From a bacterium (GTDB lineage Bacteria; Sysuimicrobiota; Sysuimicrobiia; Sysuimicrobiales; Humicultoraceae), in assembly GCA_041497675.1 (NCBI GenBank), contig JBGQGY010000102.1:1-13254 (forward strand): a DNA stretch of 13,254 nucleotides. The letters run 5' to 3'. Below are positions 1 to 7,627 of the stretch, in pieces. Position 1 is the stretch's first letter. Every line of letters starts with the position of its first letter. Under the pieces are notes generated by a model. The model searched no databases and was not told where the DNA came from. It saw only the letters and a list, made by a program, of their open reading frames with translations. The translations under genes and the position numbers were made by a program.

Positions 1-588
1 GCCCCCGACCTCATGCTGCGAATCCCCGGCTCGTCCCTACGCCCGGGACGCAATACCGTGACGCTGGAACGCTCGGGCGGCGCCAGCCGGGTCTTCTACA
101 CCATGCAACTGCGGCAGGTCGTCGCCATGGACGAGATTCCGTCCCTGGACAGTCCCGACATCCGCGTGACGCGCGAGTATCTACGCGTGCGTCCCACGAA
201 GACCGACAAGGGCGAGTGGAAAGAAGAGGCGGAACCCACCGGCAACCAACTGCGGCAGGGCGAGCATATTCGCGTCCGGCTGACGGTCACGGCGTCTCGC
301 GAGCTGGCGTACGTCGTCCTCGAGGACCCGTTCCCGTCAGGACTCGAGGTCACCGAGCGGGGCAGCGCCGAAATCGACGAGTGGCGGTACTGGTGGGCCG
401 GGACCGATGTCCGGGATGACCGGATCGCCTTCTTCGTGCGATCGCTCCCGGCTGGGCGGCACGTCATCGAGTACAACCTCCGCGCCCAGACGCCGGGGAC
501 CTACCAGACGCTCCCCGCGGTTTTGCAGGGCATGTACCACCCCGACCGGCGGGCCGAGTCGGCCGGCGCGAAGGTGGTGATCAAGTGA
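1..588 (+). CDS. Bacterial alpha-2-macroglobulin family protein, C-terminal fragment (MG10-type domain); 5' end lies outside the window
   Basis: Frame 1 is open from base 1 to TGA 586-588. It shows the typical bacterial A2M C-terminal pattern: 'YVVLEDPFPSGLE', 'DVRDDRIAFF', 'YNLRAQTPGTYQTLPAVLQGMYHP'. Confidence 0.88.
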   Translation, partial: APDLMLRIPGSSLRPGRNTVTLERSGGASRVFYTMQLRQVVAMDEIPSLDSPDIRVTREYLRVRPTKTDKGEWKEEAEPTGNQLRQGEHIRVRLTVTASRELAYVVLEDPFPSGLEVTERGSAEIDEWRYWWAGTDVRDDRIAFFVRSLPAGRHVIEYNLRAQTPGTYQTLPAVLQGMYHPDRRAESAGAKVVIK

Positions 589-1373
589 AACTGGCCCCCG
601 TGGCTCTCGCGCTTGTGCTCGTGATGGTGGGCGGTTTCATGGTGGTGCGCTTGGGCGCCCCTCCCAGCGAGGTCGAACTGGCCGGGTACGCCACGACGCT
701 CGTCGGCCGCACGCCCGGCCAGCGGCACAACGCCCGTCTGGCGGCCCGCGCGCTGGACGGGGTCATCATCGCCCCCGGCGCCGCGTTCTCGTTCAACCGG
801 ACGGTGCGCTCGTGGACGATGGACCGCGGCTACGTCAAGGCACCCGTCAGCTACGACGGCGAACTCGTGCGGGCGTTTGGCGGGGGGGTTTGCCAGACTT
901 CAACGACGCTGTACAACGTCGCCCTACTGGCCGGCCTGACGATCATGGAGCGGCACTCGCACGTCTTCGCCCCTACCTACGTTGCCCCGGGTCGTGACGC
1001 CGCGGTCGCGCAGTACGACATCGACCTCAGGCTCGGCAATCCGTACCCCTGGCCCCTGCGGCTCCAGGCCCGGGCACAGGGTGACCGGCTTGAAGTCCGG
1101 GTCTTTGGCCGAGAACGGCCCCGGACGGCGGTTGAAATCATCACGGACGTCCTGTCGGCGACCGTCCCGGCGCGGATGGTTCAGCGGATCGACCGCCCGG
1201 AGGGGGCCTCGGGGCGCAGCTATCTCCGAACGCCCGGCGCCACCGGCTACCGCGTCGTGACCTACAGGACGTTTTCCATGGACGGCCGGGTGGTCCGGCG
1301 GGAATTGCTGTCCGACGACTCATACCCCGTGATGAACCGCGTCGTGGCGGTGACGCAGACCCGTATGCCCTAA
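585..1373 (+). CDS. VanW-family protein with an N-terminal membrane anchor and a G5-like C-terminal segment
   Basis: GTG start overlaps the A2M stop (GTGA 585-588). Hydrophobic N-terminus. VanW motifs 'FSFNRTV', 'GGGVCQTSTTLYN', 'ERHSH', 'PGRDAAV', 'DLRLGN'. The tail 'GATGYRVVTYR...RELLSDDSYP' is typical of VanW-G5 proteins. Confidence 0.9.
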   Translation: MKLAPVALALVLVMVGGFMVVRLGAPPSEVELAGYATTLVGRTPGQRHNARLAARALDGVIIAPGAAFSFNRTVRSWTMDRGYVKAPVSYDGELVRAFGGGVCQTSTTLYNVALLAGLTIMERHSHVFAPTYVAPGRDAAVAQYDIDLRLGNPYPWPLRLQARAQGDRLEVRVFGRERPRTAVEIITDVLSATVPARMVQRIDRPEGASGRSYLRTPGATGYRVVTYRTFSMDGRVVRRELLSDDSYPVMNRVVAVTQTRMP

Positions 1374-1485
1374 ATCTTCTGATCAGGTTCTGGCAATCTG
1401 ACGGGCCCCGCCACCCCCGGTTGACCGAATTTCCACCTGGCCACCACCCCCCTTGTATGGCCCCCTAGACGCCCTGATGTGACAC

Positions 1486-1499
1486 TTGTGCTTGCACAA
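1486..1499. promoter_or_regulatory. Palindrome TTGTGC-TT-GCACAA, a candidate transcription-factor site upstream of the 1535 gene
   Basis: Perfect 6-bp inverted arms about 20 nt before the RBS GGAGGTG (1518-1524). Confidence 0.35.
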
Positions 1500-1534
1500 A
1501 AGCCAGTCAATTCATTCGGAGGTGACGTGAATTC

Positions 1535-2458
1535 ATGAAGCGCGTTCTGCTCGCCCTTATCCCCGTCGCGCTGCTCGCCACCGCATCACTGGCCTTCACG
1601 CACGTGATCGACGCGCCGTACTTCAGGACCACGATCACGAGCAGCGAGGATGCCACACGGCCTTCCTCGACTGCGACCGCGCCGCGGGTCCCCTCCTCGG
1701 TCGCGATTGAATCCACGACCATCACAGCCCAGGCACCGACACAGCAACCGGCACCGTCCGACCAGGCGACACAGCCCGCCGTCGTCGCAGAAGACACCGA
1801 CCAAGTCGAGCCCCTTCCGGAACTCGTCGTGGATAAGACCCCGTTGACGTCCGCGCTGATCGATCTCGACAAGGCGATCCAGCAGGCGAAGTTGTCCGTC
1901 ACGGCGGTCGATGCCGCCTCGCAGAGCCGTTACATCCAGGAGACCCTGAACCTGATCGCCGGCCGCGAGGAGCCCAACTTCCGTCTCACAGCCCAGTCCG
2001 ATCCCAACGGAACGACCTACCGCGGCGTGTCCCCGCTGTTGGTCGAAGCGCGCGTGAAGCGCGAGGCCTCTGAAGTCCAGTGGATCGCCGCAGTGCAGGC
2101 GCAGCTCGAAGCACGATCCAAGAAGCTCGCCGAGCTGGCGCAGGCCGGGCAGAGCAACGGCACCGTGCCCCAGCCCCAGGCCCCCGTGCTCGACCTGAAT
2201 GCGACCGTCGGACCGAGCGGCGTGCTCGGGACGCGCGGGATGCGGCCCGAGGAGCAGGCAAACGATCTGATCAACCGCGCGGTCAAACATGCGATCGAAG
2301 CGATGCGCCTCTCGAGCGCCGTCCGCCCGTCGGGTAGCGTATCAGACGGCGACGTGCAGCATGCCTACGCATCAGATGACGCGACCCGCATGATGGAGTC
2401 GCTGGTCCGGACGCTGGAGACCGCCAAGAAGATCGTCCAGATCGCGATCGATCGGTAG
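1535..2458 (+). CDS. Hypothetical secreted protein (signal peptide, Ser/Thr/Pro/Gln-rich linker, predicted helical-bundle C-terminal domain)
   Basis: Strong RBS GGAGGTG at 1518-1524. Signal peptide 'MKRVLLALIPVALLATASLA'. Low-complexity linker followed by amphipathic helices. High GC at third codon positions and a downstream terminator. Confidence 0.8.
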   Translation: MKRVLLALIPVALLATASLAFTHVIDAPYFRTTITSSEDATRPSSTATAPRVPSSVAIESTTITAQAPTQQPAPSDQATQPAVVAEDTDQVEPLPELVVDKTPLTSALIDLDKAIQQAKLSVTAVDAASQSRYIQETLNLIAGREEPNFRLTAQSDPNGTTYRGVSPLLVEARVKREASEVQWIAAVQAQLEARSKKLAELAQAGQSNGTVPQPQAPVLDLNATVGPSGVLGTRGMRPEEQANDLINRAVKHAIEAMRLSSAVRPSGSVSDGDVQHAYASDDATRMMESLVRTLETAKKIVQIAIDR

Positions 2459-2514
2459 TTTCAAGCCGCGCGGCTCCGGCATCGATCGGTATCCCCGATC
2501 GGCCGCGCGACCCC

Positions 2515-2550
2515 CGGGAGGCGCGCTTCGGCGCGCCTCCCGCCGCTTTT
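2515..2550 (+). terminator. Intrinsic terminator-like hairpin
   Basis: Perfect 12-bp stem CGGGAGGCGCGC (2515-2526) / GCGCGCCTCCCG (2531-2542) with a C(UUCG)G tetraloop, followed by CCGCTTTT. Confidence 0.75.
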
Positions 2551-2557
2551 GTGCGGG

Positions 2558-2563
2558 TATACT
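2558..2563 (+). promoter_or_regulatory. Sigma70-type -10 element (TATACT) for the sensor kinase, probably giving a leaderless transcript
   Basis: TATACT is separated by 6 nt from the in-frame GTG at 2570, and no Shine-Dalgarno sequence precedes that codon. Confidence 0.6.
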
Positions 2564-2569
2564 GTTGAC

Positions 2570-4027
2570 GTGACGCGCATTAGCCTGAAGGTCAAGTTCA
2601 TCCTGGCCTTCGTCGGCCTGACGGTCTTGTTTGCCGCGACGTTCGGCGCGCTCGCCACCCGGCGGCTGCGCGAAGTGTTGCTGGAACAGGTACGCATCCG
2701 CGCGAAGATCGTTGTCGAGGACTTCGCGAGCGAAGCCGGCCGCTTTATCGTCACGCCTGAAGGCATTACCGACACGCCCATCTCAAGCCGGCCGACCCGC
2801 CGGCTGGTGGCCGGCACGATTCTCTACGCGCAGATCGTGCGGGACGGAAAACTGCGATTTACCGACGGACAGGCCGACATGGCCGGGCCGGCCGCGCTGA
2901 TCGGCCAGCCACTGGTCGTCGACGAGCGGCAGACGCTCGACGGTGTGCCGTACATGGACCTCATGCGGGCCATCCCCGAGTTCACGCTCGACCAGCAGAC
3001 GTACGTCCGCGTCGGCTTTCCGCTGGCCGCCGTGTACGCGCGCATCGGAAAGGAGACCCGCCTGATTGCGCTGGCCAGCCTTGGTCTCGTGGCGGCGGGC
3101 ATCATCGCAGCGTTCGTCCTCCAACGCGCGATCCTCGGGCCCGTCGACCGGATGACCGGCGCCATCCGCCGGCTGCGGGGCGGCGACTACTCCGCGCGCG
3201 TCGAAGCCCGGATGAGCGATGAGCTCCAGCTCCTGGGCGAGGAATTCAACACGATGGCGTCGGCAATCGAGGTGCGCGACCTCGAGCTCGCCAGGATCAA
3301 TCGTGAGCTGGCCGAGGTCAACGAGGCGCTGCGCAAGGCCAACCGCATCAAGGACGAGTTCTCCGCCGCGATGAGCCACGAGTTGAAGACGCCGCTGCAC
3401 GCGATTCGCGCGTATGCGCAACTCGTGCTCGAAGGCATCGATGGGCCGCTGACCGACGCACAGCGCAAGGACCTCGACGCGATCCTGGCGGCGGGTGATC
3501 ACCTGCTCCACCTCATCGAAGGGATCCTGCGCTACTCGGCGCTGGAGGCCGGCGGCATCGTCCCGCAGATCGGTGAGGTCAAGATCGCCGAGGCCCTGGA
3601 GGCGGCACGCCAAAATGTCGACCACGTCGCGAGGGCCAAGGGGCTGCCCATCGACGTGCGCACGGACGGCGCGGCGACCGTGCGAGCCGACGAGACGATG
3701 CTGCGCCAGATCCTGATCAACCTGCTGCACAACGCGTTGAAGTACACGCCGCGCGGGCGGATCATGGTCACGACGTCGGTGCAGAACGGGCAGGTAACGT
3801 TCGCCGTCGCCGACACAGGTCCCGGCATCCCGCCGGAGGACGCCGGGGCGGTCTTCGAACCGTTCAGGCGGGCCGGTCACGCCGCAAAGCGCGAGATCGA
3901 CGGGATCGGTCTGGGTCTGGCCGTCGTGAAACGCTACGTCGAGTTGTTGGGCGGCCGGATCTGGTTCGAGAGCGGCGGCAGCGGGACGACATTCTACTTC
4001 ACGATGCCAAAAGGGAGCGACGGATGA
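2570..4027 (+). CDS. Membrane sensor histidine kinase (2 TM, periplasmic domain, HAMP, HisKA, HATPase_c)
   Basis: H-box 'SHELKTPL', N-box 'QILINLLHNALKY', G1 'DTGPGI', F 'FEPF', G2 'GIGLGL', HAMP 'GPVDRM...DELQLLGEEFNTMA'. Start placed at GTG 2570 rather than TTG 2549, which overlaps the terminator T-run. Confidence 0.95.
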   Translation: MTRISLKVKFILAFVGLTVLFAATFGALATRRLREVLLEQVRIRAKIVVEDFASEAGRFIVTPEGITDTPISSRPTRRLVAGTILYAQIVRDGKLRFTDGQADMAGPAALIGQPLVVDERQTLDGVPYMDLMRAIPEFTLDQQTYVRVGFPLAAVYARIGKETRLIALASLGLVAAGIIAAFVLQRAILGPVDRMTGAIRRLRGGDYSARVEARMSDELQLLGEEFNTMASAIEVRDLELARINRELAEVNEALRKANRIKDEFSAAMSHELKTPLHAIRAYAQLVLEGIDGPLTDAQRKDLDAILAAGDHLLHLIEGILRYSALEAGGIVPQIGEVKIAEALEAARQNVDHVARAKGLPIDVRTDGAATVRADETMLRQILINLLHNALKYTPRGRIMVTTSVQNGQVTFAVADTGPGIPPEDAGAVFEPFRRAGHAAKREIDGIGLGLAVVKRYVELLGGRIWFESGGSGTTFYFTMPKGSDG

Positions 4028-4695
4028 AGATCCTCGTGGTGGAAGACGACGCCCGGTCGAGGGACCTGCTGACGAAATACCTCGGCGCCAAGGGCCATGA
4101 AGTCTCGGCGGCCGAAGACGGCAGCCGGGCGCTCACGGCGGTCGTCTCCGTCTCGCCCGACTTGATTCTGCTTGACGTCAACCTGCCCGAACTCGATGGG
4201 TGGGCGGTGCTCGACGCCGTCCGCAAGTTCAGCCAGGTGCCCGTCATCATGGTGACGGTGCGGGACGCGGCGCAGGACAAGGTCGCGGGGCTCGATCTGG
4301 GCGCCGACGACTACGTGACGAAACCGTTCGATCTCCGCGAACTCGATGCCCGGATCAGCGCCGTCATGCGCCGGTACCAGGCGACGGTGCCGCAGGTGAT
4401 CCGCACCGAGGAGCTCGTCATCGATGACGAGCGCAAAGAGGTGGTCGTCCGCGGCGAGGGGATCGCCCTCTCCCCGAAGGAATATGAGCTGCTGCGGCTG
4501 CTGGCGTCCAAACCAGGCAAGGTCTATTCGACCGACGAGATCCTGGCCGCCGTGTGGCCCAACCGCGACGCCGCCGCGGCCGAGGACGTGAAAAAGTACG
4601 TCCACATGCTGCGAAACAAGGTCGAACGCGACCCCGGGGATCCCAAGATCATCGTCACGGTACGCGGGTTCGGATACCGGTTCGGGCAGACGTAA
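4024..4695 (+). CDS. OmpR/PhoB-family DNA-binding response regulator
   Basis: Receiver domain 'ILVVEDD', 'ILLDVNLP', 'GADDYVTKPF' and winged-helix 'LSPKEYELL...LRNKVE...IVTVRGFGYRF'. ATGA overlap with the kinase stop. Confidence 0.96.
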   Translation: MKILVVEDDARSRDLLTKYLGAKGHEVSAAEDGSRALTAVVSVSPDLILLDVNLPELDGWAVLDAVRKFSQVPVIMVTVRDAAQDKVAGLDLGADDYVTKPFDLRELDARISAVMRRYQATVPQVIRTEELVIDDERKEVVVRGEGIALSPKEYELLRLLASKPGKVYSTDEILAAVWPNRDAAAAEDVKKYVHMLRNKVERDPGDPKIIVTVRGFGYRFGQT

Positions 4696-4697
4696 GG

Positions 4698-4703
4698 TAT
4701 ACT
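4698..4703 (+). promoter_or_regulatory. -10 element (TATACT) for tRNA-Ser, possibly also lepB
   Basis: TATACT lies just after the regulator stop and 16 nt before the mature tRNA 5' end. Confidence 0.55.
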
Positions 4704-4719
4704 GGGTGCCACGGGCCGC

Positions 4720-4811
4720 GGAGGGGTGCGAGAGCGGCCGAATCGGCACGCCTGGAGAGCGTGTAGGTGGGGGAACCCGCCTCGTGGGTTCAAATCCCAC
4801 CCCCTCCGCCA
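4720..4811 (+). tRNA. tRNA-Ser(GGA)
   Basis: Acceptor stem GGAGGGG/CCCCTCC, discriminator G and encoded CCA. Anticodon arm CACGC-CTGGAGA-GCGTG. Long variable arm (AGGTGGG-GGAA-CCCGCCT). T arm GTGGG-TTCAAAT-CCCAC. Confidence 0.96.
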
Positions 4812-4852
4812 TGCATGCTGCCAGCCACCACCCTGAGGGTCGGAGAGACGCG

Positions 4853-5437
4853 ATGTCAGAGGATTTCCGCAACGAACCACTACCCAGCTCGAAGGTGATC
4901 GCTGGAGCGGCGGGTTGGCGGCGGGCCGGGCGCGGCGCGCTCGATTTCGCCAAGACCCTAGTGATCGCGTTCCTGCTGGCTCAACTCGTCATGGTGTCGG
5001 TCGCCCAGGCGTTTCAGGTCGAGCAGTACTCAATGGAACCCACGCTGCTGCCCCACGACCGGGTGCTGGTCAACAAATTCATCTATCGGGTCCGCGAACC
5101 GCAGCGGGGCGACGTAATCGTCCTGCACTATCCACGCGACCCCAGCCGCAACTACATCAAGCGTATCGTCGCGCTCCCCGGCGACCGTGTGGAGATCCGC
5201 AACGGGCATCTGTACATCAACAATAGCTCCGTTCAAGAAGTCTACATCAATGGGCAGCCCTCAGGTGACTACGGGCCGGAGGCCGTGCCGGATGGTTCGT
5301 ACTTCGTCTTAGGGGACAACCGGAACAACAGCGAGGATAGCCGCGCATTTGGGTTCCTCAAGCGGAGTCAGGTGGTCGGCCGGGCGGTCCTGATCTACTG
5401 GCCGCCCCAGCGCATGCGGCTGCTCCATAGCCCGTAG
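4853..5437 (+). CDS. lepB: Signal peptidase I (S26 family)
   Basis: One TM helix, then catalytic Ser in 'YSMEPTL', Lys in 'YIKRIV', and box E 'GDNRNNSEDSR'. Start moved to ATG 4853, downstream of the tRNA, with GGAGA upstream. Confidence 0.95.
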   Translation: MSEDFRNEPLPSSKVIAGAAGWRRAGRGALDFAKTLVIAFLLAQLVMVSVAQAFQVEQYSMEPTLLPHDRVLVNKFIYRVREPQRGDVIVLHYPRDPSRNYIKRIVALPGDRVEIRNGHLYINNSSVQEVYINGQPSGDYGPEAVPDGSYFVLGDNRNNSEDSRAFGFLKRSQVVGRAVLIYWPPQRMRLLHSP

Positions 5438-5443
5438 ACCGCG

Positions 5444-7168
5444 TCACGCGTCGTCGGTGGTGTCGTCCTTCTGCTGTTCGCGGTCGCGGATCTCGCGACG
5501 CAGCGCCTTGCCGAGAAACGTCTTGGGGATCTCCGCAACGATCTCAAACCGGCGTGGCACCTTGTACGTGGAGAGCTGCTGCGCGCAGTAGTCCCGCAAC
5601 TCGCGCTTGAACGTCCGCTCGTCGCCGCCGTTCCTCAGGACGACGTGGGCCACCAGCACCTCGCCGCGGATGCGGTGTTTGACACCGACCACCGCGGCCT
5701 CTTTTACCTTGGGGTGTGTGTAGAGCACTTCTTCGATCTCGCGCGGAAACACCTTGAACCCGCCGATGATGACCATATCCTTCTTGCGGTCTTCGATGAA
5801 GAAGTAGCCGTCTGAATCCATCCTGGCGATGTCGCCCGTGTAGAGCCAGCCGTTGCGGAGGGTCTGGTCGGTCTCGCCGGGGTTGTTCCAATACCCCTTC
5901 ATGACCTGCGGGCCGCGCACGACGAGTTCACCGACCTCATTCAGGCCGAGGTCGCGCGTGCCGCTTTCGACGTCGACGATCTTGGCGTCTGTCGACGGCA
6001 CCGGGATCCCGATCGAGGCGACCTTGCGCGTGCCATACACTGGATTGGCGTGGGTCAGCGGGGAGGCCTCGGACATCCCAAAACCCTCGGTGATCCGCCC
6101 GCCCGTCAGCTCCTCAAACCGCCGCTGTACCTCAGCGGGCAGGGGGGCCGATCCGGACACGCACGCCCGGATCGACTTCAAGTTGTACTTCTCCACGTCG
6201 CGCAACTGATTGATCGCCAGGTACATGGCCGGGACGCCGGGGAAGATAGTAGGTTGGTACTTCGGCACGGCCTCGACGACGGTCTTCACGTCGAAGAGTT
6301 TCATCAACAGCATGATATTCACCGCGCCGATGGCCACCGACAGGTTCATGCACACGGTCATGCCAAAGACGTGAAAGAACGGTACCACCGAGAGAATGCG
6401 CTCTTGACCTTCCTTGACGTCGGTCAGCCAACTGCGGCACTGCAGGCAGTTGCTCACCAGGTTGCGGTGGGTCAGCGCCGCCGCTTTTGGCACGCCCGTG
6501 GTCCCGCCGGTGTACTGGAGCACCGCGACGTCTTCCTGGCTCACGATCGGGCGCTGGTCGAGCCTGGGCCCGCCGAGGAGGTCCATGAACGGGACGATCC
6601 CGGGCCCCGTCGGGAGGACGTCCCCTTCCTTCTTCGCCTTCAAGAGCCCGTAGAGCAGCCGCCACTTCGTCGGGAAGAAATCGTGCAGATTGGTGACCAC
6701 GGCCGCCTGCACGTCCGTTTGCGCGCGGACGTCACTCAGGGTCCCATACAGTCTCGACAGCGTGACCGCGAATGTCGCGCCCGAATCCTTCAGGTTGAAC
6801 GCCAGGTCTCGTCCTTTGTACAGCGGGTTGACCTGCACCAGCGCGCCGCCGGCCTTCCAGGCGCCAAAGGCCGCGATGACGTACTGCGGGCAGTTGGGCA
6901 GCATGATGGCGACGCGGTCGCCGGGCTTCAACCCACGGTCGATCAGCGCGCGGGCGAACCGGTCGGTCAGCTCGTCGAGCTGCGCATAGGTGATGCGCCG
7001 GTCAAAGTTGGGGCCAACCTGGATCAGCGCGTCCTGGCCGGGATACGTCTTTGCGCTGTGCGCGAGAAATCCATGGACGGGATGCGTGGGCAACTGAAGC
7101 GTCCGGGGAACGCCCGGCTCATAGAACCGATACCAAGACCGGTCTGCCGGCGACTCGTGGGCCTGCAC
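5444..7168 (-). CDS. fadD: Long-chain-fatty-acid--CoA ligase (AMP-binding, FadD/LcfA-like)
   Basis: P-loop 'YTGGTTGVPK', 'EGFGMSEASP', 'RGPQVMKGYW', 'WLYTGDIA', 'DRKKDMVI', terminal 'PKTFLGK'. GTG start preceded by GGAGGG. Confidence 0.92.
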   Translation of the reverse strand: MQAHESPADRSWYRFYEPGVPRTLQLPTHPVHGFLAHSAKTYPGQDALIQVGPNFDRRITYAQLDELTDRFARALIDRGLKPGDRVAIMLPNCPQYVIAAFGAWKAGGALVQVNPLYKGRDLAFNLKDSGATFAVTLSRLYGTLSDVRAQTDVQAAVVTNLHDFFPTKWRLLYGLLKAKKEGDVLPTGPGIVPFMDLLGGPRLDQRPIVSQEDVAVLQYTGGTTGVPKAAALTHRNLVSNCLQCRSWLTDVKEGQERILSVVPFFHVFGMTVCMNLSVAIGAVNIMLLMKLFDVKTVVEAVPKYQPTIFPGVPAMYLAINQLRDVEKYNLKSIRACVSGSAPLPAEVQRRFEELTGGRITEGFGMSEASPLTHANPVYGTRKVASIGIPVPSTDAKIVDVESGTRDLGLNEVGELVVRGPQVMKGYWNNPGETDQTLRNGWLYTGDIARMDSDGYFFIEDRKKDMVIIGGFKVFPREIEEVLYTHPKVKEAAVVGVKHRIRGEVLVAHVVLRNGGDERTFKRELRDYCAQQLSTYKVPRRFEIVAEIPKTFLGKALRREIRDREQQKDDTTDDA

Positions 7169-7312
7169 GATGTTCCCTCCCGGGCGAAACGGTAGGGCGG
7201 AGGTTCAAGTGGCAGGTCAGCAAATCCTGCAGGGGCACCCGCAATCGGCGTCTACGCTCGCCGATGTTCAGTTCTGGAGTCGCGGCCTCTTGCCCATGGT
7301 GTCGCGGGGAAG

Positions 7313-7346
7313 TAGAATGTAAGGAATATATTAGAAAAGTAAGGAA
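7313..7346 (+). promoter_or_regulatory. Toxin-antitoxin promoter/operator: -10 TAGAAT plus direct repeat TAGAA..GTAAGGAA
   Basis: AT-rich patch. TAGAATGTAAGGAA (7313-7326) and TAGAAAAGTAAGGAA (7332-7346) lie just upstream of RBS GGAGGG and the antitoxin ATG. Confidence 0.6.
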
Positions 7347-7360
7347 CCGGAGGGATCCCA

Positions 7361-7627
7361 ATGGCCACGGCGCGCGTGACATCCAAGGGGCAGATCACGG
7401 TCCCCAAAGCGATTCGTGAGAAGTTGGGCGTGGAACCTGGCGATGTGTTGGAGTTCATCGACAACGGGCGACGCCTGGAAGTGCGGGCCGTGAAACGCCG
7501 CAGCCTGAGAGAATTTCGGGGCGTATTCCGCGTGCCACAAGCGATCCCGTTTGAGCAAGAACGCGCTCGGGCCTGGGCGGCGCAGACTGGACGGCTCAGA
7601 CAAGGAGTCCCAAAGCGCCGTGGCTGA
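7361..7627 (+). CDS. vapB: AbrB/MazE/SpoVT-family antitoxin (VapB-type)
   Basis: 'ARVTSKGQITVPKAIREKLGVEPGDVLEF' is the swapped-hairpin AbrB signature, and the gene lies directly upstream of a PIN gene. Confidence 0.92.
   Translation: MATARVTSKGQITVPKAIREKLGVEPGDVLEFIDNGRRLEVRAVKRRSLREFRGVFRVPQAIPFEQERARAWAAQTGRLRQGVPKRRG

Noticed and set aside
585..1373. VanW as evidence of a vancomycin-resistance cluster with the nearby kinase/regulator as VanSR
   Set aside because: No vanH/A/B/X/Y genes are present, and VanW-family genes are widespread outside resistance clusters.
1480..1496. Possible sigma-54 promoter (TGACAC...TTGCA) or CRP/Rex site
   Set aside because: It has GA instead of the invariant GG and the spacing is one base too long. 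The CRP second half-site is missing and the Rex spacer is wrong.
4790..4811. tRNA 3' end as an integration site (att) for an island
   Set aside because: I found no second copy of the tRNA 3' end and no integrase in the window, and the downstream gene is housekeeping lepB.
4706..4852. N-terminal extension of the lepB ORF, and the antisense 319-aa ORF 3994..4953
   Set aside because: Both run through tRNA-Ser, and the antisense ORF also shadows the response regulator. The real lepB start is ATG 4853.
7212..7265. Small hairpins upstream of fadD (GCAGG/CCTGC; ATCGGCG/CGCCGAT) as a riboswitch
   Set aside because: The stems are short and expected by chance at this GC content, and I recognise no riboswitch consensus.
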